Shown here: one piece after another, positions 17,130-24,939 of the stretch
How the letters are laid out: the number at the start of each line of letters is the position of its first letter
Position numbering within the stretch: position 1 is the first letter of the stretch
Assembly: GCF_002075285.3 (NCBI RefSeq)
Contig: NZ_CP021983.2
Location: forward strand, 1,500,001 to 1,532,000
Direction of reading: 5' to 3'
DNA from: Halomicronema hongdechloris C2206
Lineage (GTDB): Bacteria > Cyanobacteriota > Cyanobacteriia > Phormidesmidales > Phormidesmidaceae
DNA length: 32,000 bases
Program-made: the position numbers and the translations under genes
The notes under the pieces: model-generated
The model's database searches: none
Seen by the model: only the letters and a program-made list of their open reading frames with translations
Told to the model about the DNA's origin: nothing

Positions 17130-19316
17130 ATGGAGGACATCACCATGCATAAGCCATTCCGTACTGCCGCCGTGCTGGGGGCCGGGGTCATGGGGGCGCA
17201 GATTGCCGCCCATCTGGCCAATGCCGGTCTGACGGTGCACCTGCTGGACTTGCCAGGGAAGTCAGAACATCCCAATGACCTGGTGGAAGCGGCCTTCCAG
17301 AAGGCTAAAACCATGTCGCCGCCGATTTTCTACAGCCAGCAGGCGATGCAGCGGGTGATCCTGGGCAACTATGCCCAGCACTTCCAGCGCCTGGCCCAGG
17401 TGGACTGGGTGATCGAAGCGGTGGTGGAAAATCTGACGGTGAAGCAGGAATTGATGGCACGGCTGGAAAAAACCGTGGCGGCAGACGCGGTGATCTCCAC
17501 CAATACCAGTGGCCTGTCGATTCGGGCCATCGCCCGGGGCCGCTCCCAGAGCTTCCGCCGGCGGTTTTTGGGCACCCATTTCTTTAACCCACCTCGCTAT
17601 TTGAAGTTATTGGAACTGATTCCCACCGCTGACACCGAGCCGCAGCTGGTCGAGCGCCTGGCTAAGTTTAGCCGCTTGCGCCTAGGCAAGGGCATCGTGG
17701 TGGCCAAGGACACTCCCAACTTCATCGCCAACCGCATCGGCGTGTTTGTCTCCATGCTGGGGATTCGGGCCTTTACCGAGGGCGACTACACCATTGAGGA
17801 GATCGACACCCTCACGGGCACCCTGGTGGGGCGGCCCAAGTCGGCTACCTTCCGCACCGCCGATCTGGTGGGGCTGGATACCTTGCTGTACGTGGCTGAT
17901 AACCTCTACGCGGCCATCCCCCAGGATGAGCGCCGGCAGTGGTTCCAGATGCCAGAGCTATGCCGCCAGCTGGTGGAAACCGGTAGCCTCGGGGCCAAGT
18001 CGGGTCAGGGCTTCTACAAGAAGGTGGCTGGGGAAATTCGCTCCCTCAATCCCGACACCTTTGGCTATGAGGCACCCCGACCAATGCGGCTGGGCAATTT
18101 GGACACTATCGAGCAGCAGCCGGATCTGGGAGACCGGCTGCGCAGCCTCTACCGCCATCGGAGCCGAGCCGGTGACTTCTGCCGCCACTTGACCTTGGAA
18201 ACCTTGGCCTACAGCGCCAACCGGATTCCAGAAATTACCGATGACCCTAGGGCCATTGACCAAGCCCTGTGCTGGGGCTTTGGCTGGCAGTTGGGTCCCT
18301 TTCAGATCTGGGATGCCCTGGGATTTGACCTGGTGATTGAGGATATGCGCATGGCCGGGCTGTCCTTGCCAGCCTGGATCGAGACCATGCAGACCCGGGG
18401 GGCGACGGGCTTCTATGGGCCTGGCCCCAGTGTCTACCGGCCAGGAGAGGGCTATGTGGCCTGGCAGAAACCCGTCGATGAGCTGCACTTGGCTGAGATG
18501 ACGGCGGCTTCTCAAGCGACTCTCTGGCACAACCGTGAGGCCGCCCTGCTGGATCTGGGGGATGGGGTGGCGCTGCTGGAGTTTCGCTCTAAGGCCAATA
18601 CCCTCAGCACTCAGGTGATCGAGGGACTGGAGATGGCCCTGACGTGGCTGGCCAGCCACGATGATTACCACGGTTTGGTGATCGGCAATGAGGGGCCGAA
18701 CTTCTGCGTCGGCATCAACCTGGCGGAGGTGGGCAAGATCGCCCAGTGGGACAATCTGAATCCGTTTAGTCGCACCACGGTGCGAATCGCACAACTCCTG
18801 AGCCGCTTCCAAACCCTGATGCAGCAGATTCACTATTTCCCCAAGCCGATCGTGGCCGCCATTCAGGGGGGGGTCCTAGGAGGGGGGTGCGAGCTAGCCA
18901 TGGCCTGTCCCCAGGTGGTAGCCGCCGCCGAGACCTATATGGGCCTGGTGGAACTAGGTGGGCCTGATCCCGGCCGGGGGCGGCCTAATGGGCCTGCCCG
19001 CTGGGCTGCTAACCGGGCGATCACGCAGCATGCCAGCGATATTCTGCCCTGGCTGCAGCAGGCCTTTAAGACCGTGGGCATGGCTACCGTGGCCACTAGC
19101 GCCTACGAAGCCCAGGCGCTGGGATTCCTGAACCCCCAGGCTCAGGTGGTGATCAACAGTGACCGCCGCCTGTATGTGGCCAAGCAGGCAGTGCTTTGCC
19201 TGCATCACCGCGGCTATGCCCACCGCCGCGGCAGCCGATTCCGGTGCTGGGCAACCGGCCCGACCACCCTGGAGCACATGGCCTATGTGATGTACGAGGG
19301 CGGTTACATCAAGTGA
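17130..19316 (+). CDS. fadN: FadN-type bifunctional 3-hydroxyacyl-CoA dehydrogenase (N-terminal) / enoyl-CoA hydratase (C-terminal), frame-disrupted near the 3' end
   Basis: Rossmann motif AVLGAGVMGAQIAAHLANAG, HAD core THFFNPPRYLKLLELIP and DTPNFIANRIG, and ECH part KPIVAAIQGGVLGGGCELAMA...ETYMGLVELG. The ATG at 17145, preceded by GGAGGA, is the likely start. Conserved motifs near 18958-18996 and 19220-19258 are encoded out of frame. The stop at 19314-19316 is created by a 1-nt frame change, and the true C-terminus continues to 19506. Confidence 0.85.
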   Translation: MEDITMHKPFRTAAVLGAGVMGAQIAAHLANAGLTVHLLDLPGKSEHPNDLVEAAFQKAKTMSPPIFYSQQAMQRVILGNYAQHFQRLAQVDWVIEAVVENLTVKQELMARLEKTVAADAVISTNTSGLSIRAIARGRSQSFRRRFLGTHFFNPPRYLKLLELIPTADTEPQLVERLAKFSRLRLGKGIVVAKDTPNFIANRIGVFVSMLGIRAFTEGDYTIEEIDTLTGTLVGRPKSATFRTADLVGLDTLLYVADNLYAAIPQDERRQWFQMPELCRQLVETGSLGAKSGQGFYKKVAGEIRSLNPDTFGYEAPRPMRLGNLDTIEQQPDLGDRLRSLYRHRSRAGDFCRHLTLETLAYSANRIPEITDDPRAIDQALCWGFGWQLGPFQIWDALGFDLVIEDMRMAGLSLPAWIETMQTRGATGFYGPGPSVYRPGEGYVAWQKPVDELHLAEMTAASQATLWHNREAALLDLGDGVALLEFRSKANTLSTQVIEGLEMALTWLASHDDYHGLVIGNEGPNFCVGINLAEVGKIAQWDNLNPFSRTTVRIAQLLSRFQTLMQQIHYFPKPIVAAIQGGVLGGGCELAMACPQVVAAAETYMGLVELGGPDPGRGRPNGPARWAANRAITQHASDILPWLQQAFKTVGMATVATSAYEAQALGFLNPQAQVVINSDRRLYVAKQAVLCLHHRGYAHRRGSRFRCWATGPTTLEHMAYVMYEGGYIK

Positions 19317-19506
19317 CTACGACCGGGCCCTGGCCAATCGTCTGGCCTATGTCCTCAGCGGTGGCGATCTGACGGTGCCGGCATCGGTAGACGAGGACTA
19401 TCTGCTGGGCCTGGAGCGGGATAATTTTCTGCCCCTCATCGACGAGGCCAAGACCAAGGAGCGGATCCTGCATCTGCTGAAGACGAAGAAGCCGTTGAGG
19501 AATTGA
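19312..19506 (+). pseudogene. Detached C-terminal 64 codons of the FadN-type gene (frame +1 relative to the upstream ORF)
   Basis: This frame reads SDYDRALANRLAYVLSGGDLTVPASVDEDYLLGLERDNFLPLIDEAKTKERILHLLKTKKPLRN-stop. That is the canonical FadN/FadB C-terminal tail (…YLLxLERExF…KTxxRIxxxLxTxKPLRN). It ends 2 nt before the thiolase ATG at 19509. Confidence 0.65.
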
Positions 19507-19548
19507 CCATGGAAACCGCCTATATCGTCAAGCGCCGTCCGCACGGCG

Positions 19549-20697
19549 GTGGGCAAGGCCCCCCGGGGCACCCTGCGCCATACCCGCCCGCAGGATTTGG
19601 CCGTGGCAGCGGTGCGGGGAGCCTTGGCCCGAGTGCCGCAGCTGGTGTCTAACCAGATCGAGGATGTGATCCTGGGCTGTGCCATGCCCGAGGCAGAGCA
19701 GGGGTACAACCTGGGCCGGTTAGTAGCCCTGGGGGCGGGGTTGCCGGAGTCTGTCCCCGGGTGCACGGTGAACCGGCTGTGTTCCTCCGGGTTGCAGACC
19801 ATTGCCATGGCCACCCAGGCGGTGGCCTGGGGCCAGGCCCAGGTGATCGTAGCCGGTGGGGTCGAGTCCATGAGCCTGATTCCCATGGGAGGGCACCAGT
19901 TTTCTCCCCATGCCGAGCTGTTTGAGAAGCTGCCCCAGGCCTACATCACCATGGGCCTGACGGCAGAGAAGGTGGCGGAGCAGTTTCAGATTCCCCGCCC
20001 GGACCAGGATGCCTTCGGGTTGCGATCGCATCAGCGAGCCCTGGCCGCCATCGCCGCCGGTAAATTCAAGGACGAAATCGTCCCCGTCACCGTGCGAGAG
20101 ACCCACTACATCGATGGGCAACCTCAGACCCAGGACATCATCTTCGACACCGATGAAGGCCCCCGGACCGACACCAGCCTGGAGGCCCTGGCCCAGTTGC
20201 AGCCGGTGTTTAAGGCCAATGGCACCGTGACTGCGGGTACCTCGTCCCAGATGTCCGATGGAGCTGCCGCCACCCTGGTCATGGGGGAAAGCGCCATGGA
20301 GGCCCTGGGGATTCAGCCCCTGGCCCGACTGCTGGCCTTTGCCGTGGTGGGGGTTGCCCCTGAGATCATGGGCATTGGTCCGGTGATGGCGGTGCCCCAG
20401 GCCCTAGAGCAGGCGGGCTTGACTCTGGCCGACATCGACCTGATCGAACTGAATGAGGCCTTCGCCAGCCAGGCCCTGGCCGTGATCAAAGAGCTAGGCC
20501 TGAACTCGGAGATCGTCAACGTCAACGGTGGCGCCATCGCCCTGGGCCATCCCCTCGGTTGCACTGGGGCCAAACTCACTGCCACTTTGCTGCATGAGAT
20601 GCGCCGCCGTCGGGTCCGCTACGGCCTAGTCACCATGTGTGTCGGTGGCGGCATGGGGGCGGCAGGCATCTTTGAAAATCTGGCTCTGGAGGGTTAA
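19549..20697 (+). CDS. fadA: Acetyl-CoA C-acyltransferase (3-ketoacyl-CoA thiolase); N-terminal 13 codons are displaced into another frame
   Basis: NRLCSSGLQ (active-site Cys), NEAFASQ and [11 protein letters not shown]...CVGGGMG. The ATG at 19509 gives METAYIV, after which one extra A at 19530/19531 shifts the frame. Without it the sequence reads [22 protein letters not shown], the standard thiolase N-terminus. Confidence 0.9.
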   Translation: MGKAPRGTLRHTRPQDLAVAAVRGALARVPQLVSNQIEDVILGCAMPEAEQGYNLGRLVALGAGLPESVPGCTVNRLCSSGLQTIAMATQAVAWGQAQVIVAGGVESMSLIPMGGHQFSPHAELFEKLPQAYITMGLTAEKVAEQFQIPRPDQDAFGLRSHQRALAAIAAGKFKDEIVPVTVRETHYIDGQPQTQDIIFDTDEGPRTDTSLEALAQLQPVFKANGTVTAGTSSQMSDGAAATLVMGESAMEALGIQPLARLLAFAVVGVAPEIMGIGPVMAVPQALEQAGLTLADIDLIELNEAFASQALAVIKELGLNSEIVNVNGGAIALGHPLGCTGAKLTATLLHEMRRRRVRYGLVTMCVGGGMGAAGIFENLALEG

Positions 20698-20699
20698 CC

Positions 20700-23087
20700 A
20701 TGGTGCTGTTGATTGGGCTCAGTCTACTGCTGGCGTTGGTGCTGGTGTTCACCGTCCCGTTCTTACGGCGGCCCCTGATCAGCCGCTGGATTATGCGGGG
20801 AATTCGGGCCATGAAGCTACTGCCCCGCATTTCCGACACCGAGCGAGCCGCCATCGAAGCCGGCAATGTCTGGATAGAAGGGGAGTTTTTCACCGGCCAG
20901 CCCAATTTCGGGCGCATGTTGCAAGAGCCCTATCCAGAGTTGCCGCCAGCGGTGCAGGCATTTTTGCAGGGGCCGGTGGAGCAGGTCTGTGAGCTGGCTA
21001 GCGATTGGCAGATCTACCAGGGTAAGGACCTGCCACCTCAGGTCTGGCAGTACCTGAAGCAAGAGAAATTCTTCGGGTTGATGATTCCAGAGGAGTTTGG
21101 TGGCCTGGGCTTTTCCAACCTGGCCTACAGCGCCGTCATGGTGAAGCTGGCATCCCGCTCCTTTTCCTATGTGGCCACGGTGGGGGTGGCCAATTCTCTG
21201 GGGCCGGCCAAATTGCTGCTGCGCTACGGCACCCCGGAGCAAAAGGCCCGCTACCTGCCCCGGTTGGCCATCGGCGAGGAGATCCCCTGCTTTGCCTTGA
21301 CCGAACCCATGGCAGGCTCCGATGCGGCCAATCTATCGTCCCGCAGGCGAAGTATTCCAAGCAGAAGACGGTCAGCTCTACCTGCGGCTGAACTGGCAGA
21401 AGCGTTATATCACCCTGGGTGCGAGTTCGCAACTCTGTTGGGCCTGGCCTTCCGTCTCTATGATCCGGAGAATCTACTGGGCAAAGGCACCGAGTGGGGC
21501 ATTACCTGTGCCCTGGTGCCCACGCACCTGCCGGGGGTGCATCTGGATCGCCGCCACGACCCCATGGGGGTGCCCTTCTTCAACTCCCCCACCGAGGGCC
21601 ATGATGTCATCCTGCCAGTTGATCAGATTATTGGCGGCGTGGCGCAGGCCGGTCAGGGCTGGAAGATGTTAATGCAGACCTTGGCTGCCGGTCGCGGCAT
21701 CAGCTTCCCGGCTACCTGCAGTGGGGTGGCTCAGTTGGTGAGCCGAGTGACCAGTGCCCACGCCGTGGTGCGACAGCAGTTTGGCCTCTCCATTGGTCGC
21801 TTCGAGGGGATTGAGGCCCCCCTGGCCCGGATTGCCGGCCTCACCTATATCATTGATGCCACTCGCCATTACACCTGTGGGGCAGTCGACAAGGGGGAAC
21901 AGCCCGCGGTGGTTAGTGCGATCGCAAAATATACCACCACAGAACTGGCCCGCCAGATCATCAACGACGGCATGGATATCATGGGCGGGTCTGGCATCTG
22001 TCGTGGTCCCCACAACCTGCTGGCCCATATCTACACCGCTACCCCCATTTCCATCACCGTGGAAGGAGCCAACATCCTCACCCGTACCCTGATGATCTTT
22101 GGTCAGGGCGCCATCCGCTGCCATCCCTACCTCTACGGTGAGATCCAGGCCCTGGAGGCTGGCGATCTAGTCAACTTCGATCGACTGTTGTGGCGACACT
22201 TGGGCACCTTCTTGATGAATGGCCTACGCAGCCTGGGCCTGAGCCTGACCCAGGGGCAGCTTGTGTCCCCGCCAGTGCCAGGCCCCACCGCCCGCTACTA
22301 CCGCAAACTGACCTGGGCCGCCGCCCTGTTTGCCTGGCTCACCGATATTGCCCTGCTAGGCTACGGCGGTCGCCTCAAGCGCCAGGAAAATCTCACCGGT
22401 CGCTTCGCCGACGTTCTGTCCTGGCTCTACCTGGCCACCGCCACCCTACGTCGCTACCATGCCGAGGGCCAGCGCTCCGAGGCCCTGCCCCTGGTGGAGT
22501 GGTCCCTGCAGCATAGCCTGGCTCAGATCCAACAGGCCTGCCAAGGGGTGCTGAGCAACCTAGAGGTACCCATCGTCGGTAGCCTACTGCGCTGGACGCT
22601 ACTGCCCTGGTTGCGCCTCAATCCCATCGGTACCCCACCAGCCGATGAGCTAGGGAGTAACGTGGCTCAGGCCTTGCAACGGCCTGGAACCCTACGCCAG
22701 CACCTAACCGCAGGCATCTACGTCCCCTCAGACCCAGAGCAGGCCCTGGGCCGTTTGGACCATACCCTAGCCCAGGTACATCAAGCTGAGGCCATTCTGC
22801 GGAAGGTCAAAGGGGCAATAGCGGTCGGTCAATTACCTGCAGGCAAACCCCTACAGCGTCTGGACACTGCCCACGCCCAGCATCTAATTACTACCGCCGA
22901 ATATGCCTTAGTCAAGGAAGCGGCAGCCCTACGTTTGGCAGCAATTCAAGTGGATGCCTTCACCCTGGAGGAATACGAAGCCATTGGCATACCAGCAAAG
23001 CAGGGCAAGGCTGATTCAACGCTATTGACGACTTTTGCCAACACCTCGAACTGCAATGGCAACGAGCTTGCGCCAGTGACCAGATGA
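20700..23087 (+). CDS. fadE: FadE-type large acyl-CoA dehydrogenase (N-terminal TM anchor, ACAD core, DUF1974-like C-terminus), with an internally out-of-frame segment
   Basis: 795 aa. Collinear with E. coli FadE as I remember it: GQGWKMLMQTLAAGRGISFPA, ITVEGANILTRTLMIFGQGAIRCHPY and GGRLKRQENLTGRFADVLSWLYLA. Between about 21335 and 21427 the conserved block ...LRLNWQKRYITLGA is encoded in frame +1 (ORF 21322..21672). Confidence 0.85.
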   Translation: MVLLIGLSLLLALVLVFTVPFLRRPLISRWIMRGIRAMKLLPRISDTERAAIEAGNVWIEGEFFTGQPNFGRMLQEPYPELPPAVQAFLQGPVEQVCELASDWQIYQGKDLPPQVWQYLKQEKFFGLMIPEEFGGLGFSNLAYSAVMVKLASRSFSYVATVGVANSLGPAKLLLRYGTPEQKARYLPRLAIGEEIPCFALTEPMAGSDAANLSSRRRSIPSRRRSALPAAELAEALYHPGCEFATLLGLAFRLYDPENLLGKGTEWGITCALVPTHLPGVHLDRRHDPMGVPFFNSPTEGHDVILPVDQIIGGVAQAGQGWKMLMQTLAAGRGISFPATCSGVAQLVSRVTSAHAVVRQQFGLSIGRFEGIEAPLARIAGLTYIIDATRHYTCGAVDKGEQPAVVSAIAKYTTTELARQIINDGMDIMGGSGICRGPHNLLAHIYTATPISITVEGANILTRTLMIFGQGAIRCHPYLYGEIQALEAGDLVNFDRLLWRHLGTFLMNGLRSLGLSLTQGQLVSPPVPGPTARYYRKLTWAAALFAWLTDIALLGYGGRLKRQENLTGRFADVLSWLYLATATLRRYHAEGQRSEALPLVEWSLQHSLAQIQQACQGVLSNLEVPIVGSLLRWTLLPWLRLNPIGTPPADELGSNVAQALQRPGTLRQHLTAGIYVPSDPEQALGRLDHTLAQVHQAEAILRKVKGAIAVGQLPAGKPLQRLDTAHAQHLITTAEYALVKEAAALRLAAIQVDAFTLEEYEAIGIPAKQGKADSTLLTTFANTSNCNGNELAPVTR

Positions 23088-23552
23088 GGGGCAATCTGGA
23101 TCCTGTCGGGCATGGCTTGCTGAGAAAAGCTCTGCCTCTATTGTGGCTTTGCTACCGGACTTGATATTACGACCTGAGTGTTGGGTATAGCGACAGACTT
23201 CTAGGGCAGCAGCATAGGCTTCGCTACCGGCCAACGCTGAGGTGCTGTCGATTAATTCATGCAACTGGGTGATGGCAAAGAGGATGGGTTGGAGGGTTTC
23301 GAAGAGTTCCAGATCCCGTTGCATTTCTGGTAGGTCAAAGGTCTGTGGCAGCATGGCCCGATATTGTTGGGCCGTGTCTAGGGCTTTACGGACGAAGGCA
23401 CGATGGTAATCACCTAGTTTGACTAGAGACCGCCGTTCTGTTCCTTGCACTCCAATCAGGAATGACAGCTTCTGTCGAATGGTTGCGATCGCATGGATTA
23501 CATCCTGTTGATCGGCATCGGACAATACGGCACTCACTCGATTATCCTGCAT
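23022..23552 (-). CDS. Conserved hypothetical protein (helical, about 150-176 aa)
   Basis: ORF reads [51 protein letters not shown]...[20 protein letters not shown]...[13 protein letters not shown] have seen this pattern in uncharacterised bacterial proteins but cannot name the family. The 3' end overlaps the fadE 3' end by 66 nt. Confidence 0.5.
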   Translation of the reverse strand: MQDNRVSAVLSDADQQDVIHAIATIRQKLSFLIGVQGTERRSLVKLGDYHRAFVRKALDTAQQYRAMLPQTFDLPEMQRDLELFETLQPILFAITQLHELIDSTSALAGSEAYAAALEVCRYTQHSGRNIKSGSKATIEAELFSASHARQDPDCPSSGHWRKLVAIAVRGVGKSRQ

Positions 23553-23790
23553 TCCAGTCGTCTCCCTTCAGGCTTGCTAGTTCTAACATGCCCACGCCTG
23601 GCAGAAAGATCCCAAAGCCATCGCCATTGCCCGCCAAGTGTTGTGGCAGTAGCCATAGCAACCCACACACCCCATACCCACTGGTGCAGCCGTTACCCAG
23701 GCGAGTCCCGATCCCCACCAAGAGTCCTCCCCAGATCATAGCTGCTGGACTCAGCGGTGACTGTGGTGTAGACCTGGTTAACTGACAACC
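23542..23790 (-). pseudogene. Fragment of a YeeE/YedE-family (sulfur-compound transport) membrane protein gene
   Basis: [26 protein letters not shown] matches the GxRxxxGCTSGHGxCG signature of the family. The sequence degenerates after about 30 residues and the ORF is only 65-82 codons. It lies exactly at the compositional boundary. Confidence 0.5.
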
Positions 23791-24046
23791 TTAACCTAAG
23801 TAGTCTGTCAGCACTGAATTTTGGGCGCAACGAATTTCAAGGCGACCTCTAGACAGTATTTGCAGAAAACGGCAACTCCAAAATTGAAGCTTGACGTAAC
23901 ACTAGGTCGTCTATGACGATGAAGTTACTTCGCTTTGAGTAACCGCTTCTACACAAACGAAGTCGGCTTTCGCTTCGCTAATCTCTGAAAAAGCGGCTCG
24001 GATAACTGCAGGTTTTGCCTATATTCGAGTATAAAACTACAGACAC

Positions 24047-24733
24047 CTAAATCTGTCTGGACTGTCCATTAGAGGTAAGCTTCCTTCGAATAGAGGCCAA
24101 GCAAACAGTCCAGAAGAAAATGCAAATATTTAGGACAGCCAATAGCTTTGTGCCATCCTCTAACATGGCAGGAGTACCTTTTCCAGGTATAGGCAAGAGA
24201 TCTGAAATTCCCGACATGACTAGTAAAAGTGCTGAGAAAAGAAGTAACAAGTATGGAGTCGATAACAGAAACTTACGAAATGAAATTGAATAGCCAACTA
24301 GCAAGAAACCATATATCAAGTACGAAACTAATTTAGGAATTCCAATAAACACCTTTAGTATTAGCGTTAAACGAAATATATCATCTAGCACAAACAGGCC
24401 AAGTAAAAGGGAAGAAAAAAATGAAAATCGTTTCAAAAGATAAGCTTCTCGACTTAATGAAGCAAGAATTGCATAAGTAAAGCTGCAGATAGTTAGCGCT
24501 ATACACCACAAGACTTCAGAGACATTCGTAAAAAATCCATAGAGAGGGTAAGTATCCGTAAAAAAGTCAGCAAACAATGTACCGACGGAATGGCCACGAT
24601 CACCGCCACCAGTTTTTGCATAGAGACCAATAGCGAGAAAAATACCTACCCAGAAAAAGTTTAGGAGTAAGAAGATCTTACTCTCTCGAAAGAAAGCAAC
24701 ATATCTTTGACCATACTTTCTTTCCACAAGCAA
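24047..24733 (-). CDS. Hypothetical polytopic membrane protein (about 6 TM)
   Basis: 228-aa ORF with a TTG start and repeated hydrophobic segments (IFLLLNFFWVGIFLAIGLY, VLWCIALTICSFTYAILA, FSSLLLGLFVL, LVSYLIYGFLLVGYSI, YLLLLFSALLLVMSGI, LLAVLNICIFFWTVCLA). No family recognised. Confidence 0.5.
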   Translation of the reverse strand: MLVERKYGQRYVAFFRESKIFLLLNFFWVGIFLAIGLYAKTGGGDRGHSVGTLFADFFTDTYPLYGFFTNVSEVLWCIALTICSFTYAILASLSREAYLLKRFSFFSSLLLGLFVLDDIFRLTLILKVFIGIPKLVSYLIYGFLLVGYSISFRKFLLSTPYLLLLFSALLLVMSGISDLLPIPGKGTPAMLEDGTKLLAVLNICIFFWTVCLASIRRKLTSNGQSRQI

Positions 24734-24764
24734 AAAGTTAAAAATGAAATAAGACTACGGTGAG

Positions 24765-24799
24765 GCGTCATCAGATATCTATGCGTTATCAGATATCTA
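24765..24799. promoter_or_regulatory. Tandem 17-mer (18-bp period), each copy containing the palindrome AGATATCT; candidate operator upstream of the membrane-protein gene
   Basis: GCGTCATCAGATATCTA (24765-24781) and GCGTTATCAGATATCTA (24783-24799) differ at one position. They lie 32-66 nt upstream of the start at 24733 on the minus strand. Function is inferred only. Confidence 0.3.
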
Positions 24800-24939
24800 A
24801 AAATCTCAAATCCAACTCCTTCGAAGCAAGAAAACCTATACTAGGTCTAGCATAATCTCAGGTAATATTCTAGAGTTGACTTCACAAAGTTTCATTCCAC
24901 CCAACCCAAACAAACAACCCAAAGCACATAATGTTTTGT

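Noticed and set aside
17958-18833. A 291-aa antisense ORF inside fadN. Similar long ORFs overlap real genes elsewhere (for example 21669..22124, 20817..21242, 19398..19886, 11694..12206 and 12258..12533).
   Set aside because: They lie opposite or out of frame to genes with strong family motifs. They are rich in Arg/Gly/Pro/Ala, as expected for stop-poor off-frames of GC-rich DNA, and show no recognisable motifs.
19305-19535. Programmed +1 ribosomal frameshifting at the two ATC-AAG sites.
   Set aside because: There is no slippery heptamer and no in-frame stop or rare codon in the A-site as in prfB-type sites. A P-site tRNA-Ile could not re-pair on UCA. Six further frame disruptions in the same operon have different contexts.
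23790-24046. A possible tRNA fragment or att site, or a small RNA, at the island's left border (small hairpin GAAGT-T-ACTTC near 23921).
   Set aside because: I could not recognise a tRNA cloverleaf or a T-loop (GTTCRANYC). No direct repeat is matched elsewhere in the window, and the hairpin is only 5 bp.
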